64,000 nt of DNA, from NCBI GenBank assembly GCA_044356215.1, contig JBIKWQ010000001.1:28311-92310 (forward strand), given 5' to 3'. The position numbers and the translations under genes were made by a program. The notes under the pieces are model-generated. The model made no database searches and had not been told where the DNA came from. It saw only the letters and a program-made list of their open reading frames with translations. Origin of the DNA: Bdellovibrionota bacterium (GTDB taxonomy: Bacteria > Bdellovibrionota_C > UBA2361 > OMII01). Shown here in pieces: positions 42,511 through 51,201 of the stretch. Every line of letters starts with the position of its first letter. Within the stretch, counting starts at the first letter, position 1.

Positions 42511-43965
42511 TTATCCGACACTTCCTTCAAGGCTAATCTCAAGAAGCCTTCTCGCCTCTACAGCGAACTCCATCGGCAGTTCATTGAGCACCTCTTTGCA
42601 GAAACCGTGAACGATCATTGAGACCGCGTCCTCTGTAGCGATTCCGCGTTGGTTGCAATAGAAGATCTGATCCTCTCCGATCTTTGAGGTTGAGGCCTCA
42701 TGCTCAACTGTGGCGGTTGGGTTCTTTACCTCGATATACGGGAATGTGTGCGCTCCGCACTCATTACCCATTAACATCGAATCGCACTGCGAGAAGTTAC
42801 GCGCGCCATCGGCGCTCTTCATCATCTTAACCAGTCCACGATATGCGTTCTGGCTTCTACCAGCCGATATACCCTTGGATACGATCGTGCTCTTGGTGTT
42901 CTTTCCGATATGAACCATCTTGGTTCCTGTATCGGCCTGTTGCTTATTGTTTGTGATAGCAACTGAATAGAACTCGCCGACCGAGTTGTCTCCCTTCAAG
43001 ATACAGCTTGGGTACTTCCAAGTTATCGAGGAGCCAGTCTCAACCTGAGTCCAGGAGATCTTTGAATTATCTCCGGCGCACAGACCACGCTTAGTCACGA
43101 AGTTGTAGATTCCGCCCTTCCCATCCTTATCGCCTGGATACCAGTTCTGGATCGTTGAGTACTTAATCTGCGCGTTACCAAGAGCAACCAACTCAACCAC
43201 AGCGGCGTGAAGCTGGTTCTCATCACGCATCGGAGCGGTGCACCCCTCCATGTAACTAACGTAGCTACCCTCATCGGCGATAATTAATGTGCGCTCAAAC
43301 TGACCTGTTTTCGCGGCATTTATTCGGAAATACGTGGACAGCTCAAGCGGGCAACGCACTCCCTTCGGTACGTAACAAAACGACCCGTCTGTGAACACAG
43401 CCGAGTTAAGCGCCGAAAAGAAGTTGTCGGTGGCAGGAACCACAGATCCGAGATACTTCTGAATGAGCTCCGGGTGATTCTGAATCGCCTCGGACATCGA
43501 ACAGAAAATTACGCCAACTTCTTCTAACTGTTTCTTGAATGTGGTTACGACCGATACCGAGTCGAACACCGCGTCAACCGCTACGCCAGCCAACGCCTTC
43601 TGCTCGTGCAGCGGGATACCTAGCTTCTCGTAGGTTTTTAGCAACTCTGGATCTACCTCTTCGAGGCTCTTTGGCCCTTGAGTCTTCTTAGGCGCTGAGT
43701 AGTAAATGATGTCCTGGTAATTAATCGGCGGATACTCAACGAACGCCCAGTGGGGCTCTTTCATTTTGAGGAATCGTTGATAGGCTTTTAGCCTCCACTC
43801 TAGCATCCATTGAGGCTCGTTCTTCTTGCGGGAGATAGTGGCTATGATCTCCTCATTGAGACCCGGCGGAGTCGACTCAGACTCAATGTCCGTATAGAAT
43901 CCGTACTTATATTCCTGAGCCGTAAAGTCTTCGAGAATCTCGGTGCTAGTGCTTTCCTGGGTCAT
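42511..43965 (-). CDS. sufB: Fe-S cluster assembly protein SufB
   Basis: [40 protein letters not shown]. Confidence 0.98.
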   Translation of the reverse strand: MTQESTSTEILEDFTAQEYKYGFYTDIESESTPPGLNEEIIATISRKKNEPQWMLEWRLKAYQRFLKMKEPHWAFVEYPPINYQDIIYYSAPKKTQGPKSLEEVDPELLKTYEKLGIPLHEQKALAGVAVDAVFDSVSVVTTFKKQLEEVGVIFCSMSEAIQNHPELIQKYLGSVVPATDNFFSALNSAVFTDGSFCYVPKGVRCPLELSTYFRINAAKTGQFERTLIIADEGSYVSYMEGCTAPMRDENQLHAAVVELVALGNAQIKYSTIQNWYPGDKDGKGGIYNFVTKRGLCAGDNSKISWTQVETGSSITWKYPSCILKGDNSVGEFYSVAITNNKQQADTGTKMVHIGKNTKSTIVSKGISAGRSQNAYRGLVKMMKSADGARNFSQCDSMLMGNECGAHTFPYIEVKNPTATVEHEASTSKIGEDQIFYCNQRGIATEDAVSMIVHGFCKEVLNELPMEFAVEARRLLEISLEGSVG

Positions 43966-44078
43966 GTAAAGGGTGCCTTTGCGTTCAGTCAGTTAGGGTT
44001 CTAAATACCGTTTCTTGTTCGCTGTTTTCCAGCCGCTAGCTGTATCTTAAAGGGGCGGTCTATTCGCGAACTGCCTAG

Positions 44079-44111
44079 AAGATATCAATCTTGAACAAAC
44101 TACTCAAGTAT
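44079..44111 (-). promoter_or_regulatory. putative sigma70 promoter of sufBCD overlapped by an IscR/Rrf2-type palindrome
   Basis: Minus strand TTGAGT-17nt-TATCTT; palindrome CTTGA-N9-TCAAG within AATCTTGAACAAACTACTCAAGTAT. Confidence 0.55.
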
Positions 44112-44180
44112 AGCTGCCGTTGCATATACGTGCAACCACTCGGGCAGCGTGTTGTATAAAAGCAACGCGGCTAATTCCGG

Positions 44181-44807
44181 CTACTTACCTCCAGCTACCA
44201 TCTCGCCAAGCCCTTTCAGCGCCCCTTGAGCCTCAGCAGCTCCTGCCATTGCATCTTTCATGGCCTTTAGCATCTCAGGATTCTTCATCATCTCGGCAGC
44301 CATCTGAGCTCCCTTCTTGGCCTGATCGAGCCCGATCTTCATGCCATCACCGGTCTGCATATCACCGGGCTTCATATCAGCGGGACAATCTCCAAGCCAT
44401 TTGGCCTGTATCGTGGACTTAGCCTCGCCACGTCCGAATACCGGCGGAGTCATCTTGGTCACAACCTCTCCGGTATAACTGGTCTCGAAATCCCCCTTAA
44501 AAACTCCCTGTGAGGTGATGGTTGAAGGACCCATCTTACATTCAGAGGAGAACTCATATCCTGAATCGATCTTTCTGAGCTCTCCCATTTTGCAGCTCTC
44601 CGACTGTCCCTGCGCCATCTGCATCATCTGAGCATCTGTCGCCTCGTCAGCGCATTGCTTCATGCTTCCAGGAAGAGACTTGCCATCGGCTGACACCGAT
44701 ACCTCCCAAAGCCCTGGCTTACGCTTAATAGTGACCTTCTCATCAGCTGCTGCCTGAGAAATGATTAGTAAAGATAATAAGGAAGCTGTAGTGATCTTTT
44801 TTATCAT
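44181..44807 (-). CDS. DUF3617-family secreted protein
   Basis: Signal peptide, RKPGLWE, conserved Cys pattern, GDF...Y, AKWLGDCP..MKPGD. Confidence 0.8.
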   Translation of the reverse strand: MIKKITTASLLSLLIISQAAADEKVTIKRKPGLWEVSVSADGKSLPGSMKQCADEATDAQMMQMAQGQSESCKMGELRKIDSGYEFSSECKMGPSTITSQGVFKGDFETSYTGEVVTKMTPPVFGRGEAKSTIQAKWLGDCPADMKPGDMQTGDGMKIGLDQAKKGAQMAAEMMKNPEMLKAMKDAMAGAAEAQGALKGLGEMVAGGK

Positions 44808-44873
44808 AGGGACTCCTAAAGATTGAGGCTTTAATGCTGCCGCAGACCTAAGGGGAGCGCAAGTCCCCGAAGG

Positions 44874-45962
44874 CTACTCCACAAGCGACACAGCAACACC
44901 TGGAAACACAGGAGCCGGCCCATCAGGATTCTGGAAGAGCCACTTAAGTAGATCCTGATAAAAACTAAAGAGCGGGATATGCGCAGCGATCTGCTGCCTG
45001 ACCTGCTCACGCCTATTCTTAAATCCGGCGTGACTCTCTCTCGTCAGGAATTCACGCTCACGCCAGAAGTTACCAAGCGGCTGAACTTGGATCTCAAACA
45101 CCCGATCACTCCACATCACCACAGATTTGATCGCTTCCCAGCCGCTCTCCTTATCGTGGCCGGTGAGATAATTTTTTGTCTCTATAAAATTCAAGCGGCG
45201 AGAGCTTGGTCTTGGCAACACGCCGGATGTCTCTAGTTCATCATCACACCAGGAGAGCCGCTGAAGAATCTGATGAAGAACATCAGCATCCCTTGCCGTA
45301 CCTACTACGATCTTTAACCCGAAGACATCTTTAACGTAGTGACTTAGGTGCTTAAGCTCTTTGTCTCTCTTAACCAGGGTATCCAACGAAAAGATCTCAT
45401 CCACCACTTTGTTCCACAATTCCTCCTCAGCTTTAATACGGCTGATGATCTTATGGATGCCGTTCGGATTGACCTCGGTTGGCTGATATTCAACAACGTT
45501 AGCCACCAAGTTTGGTCTAACCCACCCCTGCCCATCGAAATACTTTAATTTCCGAAGTTGTCGTGTACCTAGATCGAGATCGATCGTTGAGTAGAGATCC
45601 GACAGGGTCACGGGCTGAGAAAGTGTGAAGCGCTCGCCCGTATTAGGAACTTCTCCGATTACAACACTCTGCATCTGGTAGGCGTGCAGGAACGACCGAC
45701 AGAAAAGCTCGCACAGCCTGTGAAGCCCCTCTTCCCCGCGTCTAATCATCCGATCAAATGCCGCTCTGCAATCGCGTAGATGAGCGCGCGAGAATTTCAT
45801 ATTACATGCGGCTCCGGGATTAGCTTGAAGCGCGTCCTTAAGCGATCCCAGGTAGGACACGAGATCATTTAGCAGAGGCTCCTGGCTCACCATCCATAGT
45901 GGCGAGCGAGTGCGGGACTCATCAGAGCGTTCTATAACGATCGTTGATTCTGGGGAGTTCAT
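44874..45962 (-). CDS. divergent RelA/SpoT synthetase-domain (SAS-like) nucleotidyl/pyrophosphoryl transferase
   Basis: SRIK....W.K, KDVFGLKIV, KNYL...KESGWEAIK, FEIQVQ, SHAGFK follow the order of RSH SYNTH motifs. Confidence 0.65.
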   Translation of the reverse strand: MNSPESTIVIERSDESRTRSPLWMVSQEPLLNDLVSYLGSLKDALQANPGAACNMKFSRAHLRDCRAAFDRMIRRGEEGLHRLCELFCRSFLHAYQMQSVVIGEVPNTGERFTLSQPVTLSDLYSTIDLDLGTRQLRKLKYFDGQGWVRPNLVANVVEYQPTEVNPNGIHKIISRIKAEEELWNKVVDEIFSLDTLVKRDKELKHLSHYVKDVFGLKIVVGTARDADVLHQILQRLSWCDDELETSGVLPRPSSRRLNFIETKNYLTGHDKESGWEAIKSVVMWSDRVFEIQVQPLGNFWREREFLTRESHAGFKNRREQVRQQIAAHIPLFSFYQDLLKWLFQNPDGPAPVFPGVAVSLVE

Positions 45963-46047
45963 CGTTAAGGGACTTCCGTACTACTTCTTATCGATCGCGG
46001 CTGGTCTAACGATCGACTATTTTAACGAGGAGCGCTGTGGATTCTAT

Positions 46048-46123
<76 letters not shown>

Positions 46124-46213
46124 ACTAGCGAGAAAGAATATCACAAAACGGGGAAAAGGAAACCTCGGCGCCATGCCCCTTCTCAGATAGTTCAGCGCGG
46201 GGGAGGAAAAGAT

Positions 46214-46296
46214 TGGTGAGGAGTGGATTCGAACCACCGTAGGCCGGAGCCAGCAGATTTACAGTCTGCCCCCTTTAGCCACTCGGGCACCTCACC
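46214..46296 (-). tRNA. tRNA-Tyr(GTA), CCA not encoded
   Basis: GGTGAGG/CCTCACC acceptor stem, CTGTAAA loop, long variable arm; discriminator A followed by ATC. Confidence 0.95.
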
Positions 46297-46349
46297 AAAT
46301 GAGTGTGGATTGAACATAGCACTACTCCGCAAAAAGTCCAGAAGCCCAA

Positions 46350-46805
46350 CATGCGAATCTTGGCTTCGCCAAGTTCGCATAGGAGCAAACGGATGACCTC
46401 ACCTTCTATGCACCCACCACACTAACGCGAAGCGGGTGCAGGACCTCCTGCCCGTCATGCGAATCTTGGCTTCGCCAAGTTCGCATAGGTGCAATCGGAC
46501 CGTCATGCGAATCTTAGCGTAGCTAAGTTTGCATAGGAGCGGCACGTATACTTCTAGGTACTATGCACCCACCACACTAACGCGAAGCGGGTGCAGGACC
46601 TCCTGCCCGTCATGCGAATCTTAGCGTAGCTAAGTTTGCATAGGAGCAATACGGACCGTCATGCGAATCTTGGCCTCGCCAAGTTCGCATAGGAGCAAAC
46701 GGATGCCCTCAGCTTCTATGCACCCACCACACTAACGCGAAGCGGGTGCAGGACCTCCTGCCCGTCATGCGAATCTTGGCTTCGCCAAGTTCGCATAGGA
46801 GCGAA
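46350..46805. repeat. tRNA-linked composite hairpin repeat array (6 hairpins in 3 higher-order units of about 155 bp)
   Basis: CATGCGAATCTTRGC-NNN-GCYAAGTTYGCATAGG at 46350, 46456, 46504, 46611, 46660 and 46766; constant linker of about 50 bp, three times. Confidence 0.92.
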
Positions 46806-46881
<76 letters not shown>

Positions 46882-46961
46882 GTGTCACGTTCAATAGGGC
46901 GGCATTATGGTAAATAAATATGATCAAGTAAATACACCAGGTTCTTGGAGTAATGAAGCAA

Positions 46962-46990
46962 TTGAAATTTCCCGCGGAACCAGATAATAT
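46962..46990 (+). promoter_or_regulatory. putative sigma70 promoter for tRNA-Thr(TGT)
   Basis: TTGAAA-17nt-TAATAT, 11 nt before the tRNA. Confidence 0.5.
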
Positions 46991-47001
46991 TGAGAAAGTT
47001 T

Positions 47002-47077
47002 GCTGGCATAGCTCAATTGGTAGAGCAACTGATTTGTAATCAGTAGGTTCCCCGTTCAAGTCGGGGTGTCAGCTCCA
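47002..47077 (+). tRNA. tRNA-Thr(TGT)
   Basis: GCTGGCA/TGTCAGC acceptor stem, TTTGTAA loop, GTTCAAG T-loop, encoded CCA. Confidence 0.96.
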
Positions 47078-47274
47078 GTTTTGTCAGGCGCCGTTTTCAT
47101 CTGAGCGCATGAGCTGGAGCACGAGCAGGTACCCATCCCTCACCCCCCTCTTCTCTCTAATCTCTCTCATACCACTTACCTGCCTCTCCATCCGAAGCTT
47201 CTGAAACTGTAGCGATCCGCGCGCTCTTGGAAAGAGCTCGCGGTGATTACTTACCAGAAAACGATGGAGATATT

Positions 47275-47979
47275 ATGAACTTTTACCGAGCAATCAAGAA
47301 AACTTTAGCCCTGACATCGCTCTGCCTTGTCGCGCCCGGCCTAACACACGCAGCAGATGAGTCTGGCGTGGATCGAAATTCGCGCGCCTTTAAGGAGGCC
47401 GAATACACCCTGACTAAATCTACCGATGTTTATCGCGAGATCTCCAAGGGAAAGCTAGGCAAAGTCCCCCAATCAGTAATTGATAAAACAAAATGTGTAG
47501 CTATCTTTCCTGATACTATGACAGTCTCGGCGGGCCTTGGAGGCACTCACGGCGACGGTGTGGGGTTCTGCAAAACAGCAACGGGCCAGTGGGAGAATCC
47601 GATGTTTCTTAATCTAATCGGAGGAAGCGTAGGGCTTCAAGCGGGAGTCAAGTCCGCTGATATGGTTCTTTATATCACCGGAGATAAAGCAGTCGAGGCT
47701 CTTAAGAAGGGAAGCTTTAAGGTCGGTGGTGAGCTAAGCGCTGTTGCCGGAACATTCGATAAAACCATCCCATCGCCGCACGCTGAGGTTGTCGCTTATT
47801 CACGAAGCCAAGGGCTTTTCATGGGCGCCTCTTTAGACGGAGTAAATATATCTCGTGATGATAGCGACGAGCGCGCCTTTTACGGCCTACGCGAGCAGGC
47901 TCTTACCGCAAAAATCCCAGAGGATCTACAACGTGAGGTAAATGAGCTAAGAGAGGTGTTACCTCCACACGTTGGTTAA
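47275..47979 (+). CDS. Ysc84/SYLF lipid-binding domain secreted protein
   Basis: Signal peptide, GG..G.G, W..P.F...GGS.G.Q.G, YSRSQGLF.GASL.G. Confidence 0.85.
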   Translation: MNFYRAIKKTLALTSLCLVAPGLTHAADESGVDRNSRAFKEAEYTLTKSTDVYREISKGKLGKVPQSVIDKTKCVAIFPDTMTVSAGLGGTHGDGVGFCKTATGQWENPMFLNLIGGSVGLQAGVKSADMVLYITGDKAVEALKKGSFKVGGELSAVAGTFDKTIPSPHAEVVAYSRSQGLFMGASLDGVNISRDDSDERAFYGLREQALTAKIPEDLQREVNELREVLPPHVG

Positions 47980-47984
47980 TTTAG

Positions 47985-48167
47985 GGAAGGCCGGCAAAAC
48001 CTACCCGTAGCGAGAAAGTGGAGGTTGAGTTGATATTCGATTTTCGAGATGGGAAAAAACCGCAAATGTATCCACTGCGATACATTGAGGATTTTTTTCC
48101 ATCTCGAAAACTCGAAGAGCGGCTCAAGATCCGCTTTCGCAGTAGGGAGGGGTTTTGCCGGCCTTCC
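47985..48167. mobile_element. 183-bp palindromic MITE-like element, family 2
   Basis: Perfect 17-bp TIR GGAAGGCCGGCAAAACC/GGTTTTGCCGGCCTTCC; TTAG direct repeats on both sides; interior folds back (TTTTCGAGATGG/CCATCTCGAAAA). Confidence 0.88.
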
Positions 48168-48177
48168 TTAGGAGGAA

Positions 48178-48215
48178 GCGAGGCAAAAACTCGCGTAAGC
48201 GGGGTTTTGCCTCGT
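48178..48215. terminator. hairpin between convergent genes
   Basis: CGAGGCAAAA...TTTTGCCTCG inverted repeat just past the UGPase stop. Confidence 0.5.
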
Positions 48216-48226
48216 CTCATTATTGC

Positions 48227-49780
48227 CTAAACCCTCACCTCCGTATTCTCAAGCCGGGAGATCTCTTTGCTGATACTGCTCTTACCTCCCTGATTAGCCG
48301 AGATGCTTACCTTTCCAATTATCTTTAGCGGGTGATCAAAGAGAATATCTCCAGCGACCGAAAAGCTCTCTGCCTCCAGGAGCGATGGGATTACCCTGAA
48401 ACGCTCTTCAAAATCCCTAATTAATCCGTAATGGGCCGCATCAAGCGAAACTAATGGCAATCCAGGGGCATGCCTACCTGGAGCCGCCGTCAATGTATAA
48501 TCCTCGTTTAACGCGTACACATCAGACCTGACCACAAGCAGATCGTTATTCGTTTTCACCGGCGCGAAGCGACGTCTGGGCACTTGCAGCGCCAACGCTC
48601 CCTCAAAAACCTCAATCGCCGCGCCCATCGCTGTCTCAATCTGAATTACTTTGCGACTCTCGCGGTCCCGTGGGTTGACGTTCTTTTTGTTACTAATTAA
48701 TGGGAGAGGGATCGTCCCGTCATGGCGACACGCCACTTCGAGTACGGCTTCAAGATCTAGCCAAATATTATTAGTGTTGAAAAATCTATATCTGGTGATA
48801 TCTCTAAACTCCGGAATTATATCTCCCCCAGCCTGTGTTGGCGCTTGGCTACTCTCACGCAACACCAAGCGACCGGAACTTTTTCGCCGAGCCAGATGCC
48901 CTCCCTTAGAGTCAGCGGCTGTCCTCTCAGCAGTTTCCATCAAAAATGGCGCCCCTTTCTTGGCGAAGTACCCTAATATCGCCGGCTCAACTGTGGCTCC
49001 AAGATTATCCGCGTTCGCCACGAACGCGTAGCGCTTGCCCATCTTTAAGAGCTTCTCAGCAAGCCCTGTAGCGATCAACGCGGCGTAGATGTCGCCATGC
49101 CCGGGAGGATTCCAATTTAACTCATCTTCCTGCTCAGCCGCGGGCGTCATTGTGTCGAGGTATATCTTTGGGTGCCGGTGCTGCAAAAAGCTTATCGGCA
49201 GTCCATCCGGACTAAGTTCCTTGTAAGCCCCCATCGCTTTCCTTACATCCGCGTCGGTCGAAAAGCTCGTCATGTGAACGAGTGGAATCGATACGTGAAA
49301 ACGCCTCCTCAGATACTGGATCTGCCTAGCTATAATATCATTAAAAGAGAGTCCGTTTTTTACTGGCAGAAGCGATTTAGCCCGCTCTAGACCCATCGAG
49401 GTCCCCAAGCCACCATTAAGCCTAATTACGACAAGGGATCCTAGAAGCTCTTGGCCCCGCGCGATTGTGTCTCCACACTTCTGAAGATCAGAAAAATCAG
49501 CTACGTCGGTCGCGGGATCGATCTCATCCTCACCTATAATTCCGGTCTTGCCTCGCACCACATCATTAAAGAGGCGCTCAAAATTCTTTATAACCGCTGC
49601 CGGCAGGGCATCTGCTCGCATTTTTTCAGCGGCCGCCTGAATACCGAATTTTTCCCGATTAACTTCCACCTTAACTTCCCTGATTACCGCGCGGTCGTCT
49701 TCGCGAGGACGCCGGAGATCAATCTGCGCGTCCTGGTCACTCCCGAGCTCCGTCACAACATTGTATAACCTATCAGTCAT
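48227..49780 (-). CDS. UTP--glucose-1-phosphate uridylyltransferase, UDPGP (eukaryote-like) family
   Basis: LNGGLGTSMG...AKSLL.V, WNPPGHGDIY, NADNLGA, FNTNNIW, ETAMGAAI, RFAPVKT..DL. Confidence 0.92.
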   Translation of the reverse strand: MTDRLYNVVTELGSDQDAQIDLRRPREDDRAVIREVKVEVNREKFGIQAAAEKMRADALPAAVIKNFERLFNDVVRGKTGIIGEDEIDPATDVADFSDLQKCGDTIARGQELLGSLVVIRLNGGLGTSMGLERAKSLLPVKNGLSFNDIIARQIQYLRRRFHVSIPLVHMTSFSTDADVRKAMGAYKELSPDGLPISFLQHRHPKIYLDTMTPAAEQEDELNWNPPGHGDIYAALIATGLAEKLLKMGKRYAFVANADNLGATVEPAILGYFAKKGAPFLMETAERTAADSKGGHLARRKSSGRLVLRESSQAPTQAGGDIIPEFRDITRYRFFNTNNIWLDLEAVLEVACRHDGTIPLPLISNKKNVNPRDRESRKVIQIETAMGAAIEVFEGALALQVPRRRFAPVKTNNDLLVVRSDVYALNEDYTLTAAPGRHAPGLPLVSLDAAHYGLIRDFEERFRVIPSLLEAESFSVAGDILFDHPLKIIGKVSISANQGGKSSISKEISRLENTEVRV

Positions 49781-49801
49781 ATCAAAAACCCTATTTAATG
49801 C

Positions 49802-51013
49802 TTATCTTTTATTGGCACGAGCTACAAATACCTGCGCGGTCCCAGCAGAAACACTCCAACCTCTCACCCCCTTTGGGAACAAGACCGCCCCGCCATCATT
49901 TAAAGACATCCGATCACCATTAATACTATTAGAGAGTGTCGCATCCCCACCAACACAGAAAACTATCAGGAAACCACCCTCTGTCTCGATGGGCACTCGC
50001 GTCGATCCCGGAGAGACCCTTCCCAAGGAGAACTCACTCAACTGCAGCGAAAACTCATCATACCCCGGACATACAGGACTCAAAGCTGCCTTGCTCGGCG
50101 GCCCTGAGTATGAGTAATCAGTTGTCTCCACGAGTGTTGCGACATCCCTAAACTTGCTTGTAAGTCCAGCACGAATAACATTATCAGAGCACGCCATACA
50201 CTCGACAAGATCGCCATCAAGGTACGCATGAGGAACATTAGGACCGATGAAAATAGCTTCTCCGGGCGATAAGGTTAAAAGATTCATCACCAGCGACACA
50301 GCCAAACCTGGATCCCCAAGTCCATGAGTTTGAGACAATCTCCTAACTATGGATATCTCTTCCCGCGTCTCTTGTGCTGGGCTACTCCCCGCGCGGTTGA
50401 GAATTCTCGTCATTACAGCGGAGACCTTCGATGGCTCCGCTGTGATACAATCTACAAAGAAACCACGCCTCATCCGGCGCGAAATTGATAGATCCTGCTG
50501 AACGTTCTGAGATAAAAATGACGAGGTTTCAGCGGAGAGGAGCTCCATAAGCTCTGGATAGATCCGTGCTATTCCACAGAGATCTGCGGCCGATTTTATA
50601 TCGAAGAGCAATTTAACCTCTGATAGGGCCACGCCTACCTCTGGCTTATGAAAAGGATCTGGGTAATTTGCAGGATCTCTCGCGTGCAATTGCCGGGCTA
50701 GTTCTTGGTCTGGATGAGACTGTATCGATAGTCCGAAGTCGGGGTTAATCGACAAGACCTTAAGCATAAACGGCAATGCGTCCGCGTCAGGCAGAACGTC
50801 GGAGATCAAGCACCTGCCCCCGTTAGGCAAGTTGACTTCTGAGGGAGCCTTCGGATGACAGCCCAACCAATATTCCGCCAGCGGCTCTTCAGGCACGACC
50901 CCGCTTATAAATGGAGCGATTCGTGAGGCTTGACCGACCTTGCCCCAAACATATCTCTGCGGCTGCCCAACGAGTGGGAGGGGCGAACTAAATTTAGGTA
51001 ACGACTCATTCAT
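49802..51013 (-). CDS. manA: mannose-6-phosphate isomerase, type I
   Basis: Q.Y.WG, AEYWLG.HP, LPFMLKVL, LSIQSHP, YPDP.HKPE, HAYL.G, E.MACSDNVIRAGLT. Confidence 0.93.
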   Translation of the reverse strand: MNESLPKFSSPLPLVGQPQRYVWGKVGQASRIAPFISGVVPEEPLAEYWLGCHPKAPSEVNLPNGGRCLISDVLPDADALPFMLKVLSINPDFGLSIQSHPDQELARQLHARDPANYPDPFHKPEVGVALSEVKLLFDIKSAADLCGIARIYPELMELLSAETSSFLSQNVQQDLSISRRMRRGFFVDCITAEPSKVSAVMTRILNRAGSSPAQETREEISIVRRLSQTHGLGDPGLAVSLVMNLLTLSPGEAIFIGPNVPHAYLDGDLVECMACSDNVIRAGLTSKFRDVATLVETTDYSYSGPPSKAALSPVCPGYDEFSLQLSEFSLGRVSPGSTRVPIETEGGFLIVFCVGGDATLSNSINGDRMSLNDGGAVLFPKGVRGWSVSAGTAQVFVARANKR

Positions 51014-51201
51014 GGTATCGGAAAATACAGGGGACAATTAGGGAGCTGCTCACTGGCACTTTAGCAAGATATTCAATAGATTACGACACCAAAAGGGGTA
51101 ATTTGTCCCCCAAGTGATGTTCGCCTTTTGTTTACCACTTCAGTAAGTTCCCGGAACCCGGTAAGATAAATACCTCATCTATTATTTTTTTCTAGCTCCA
51201 A

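Noticed and set aside
46350..46805. CRISPR array
   Set aside because: Inter-repeat segments alternate in length and are themselves largely repeated; no cas genes or leader; the array lies between tRNAs.
47981..48230. ORFs 47981-48220 and 48018-48230
   Set aside because: They coincide with the family-2 palindromic element and adjacent hairpin.
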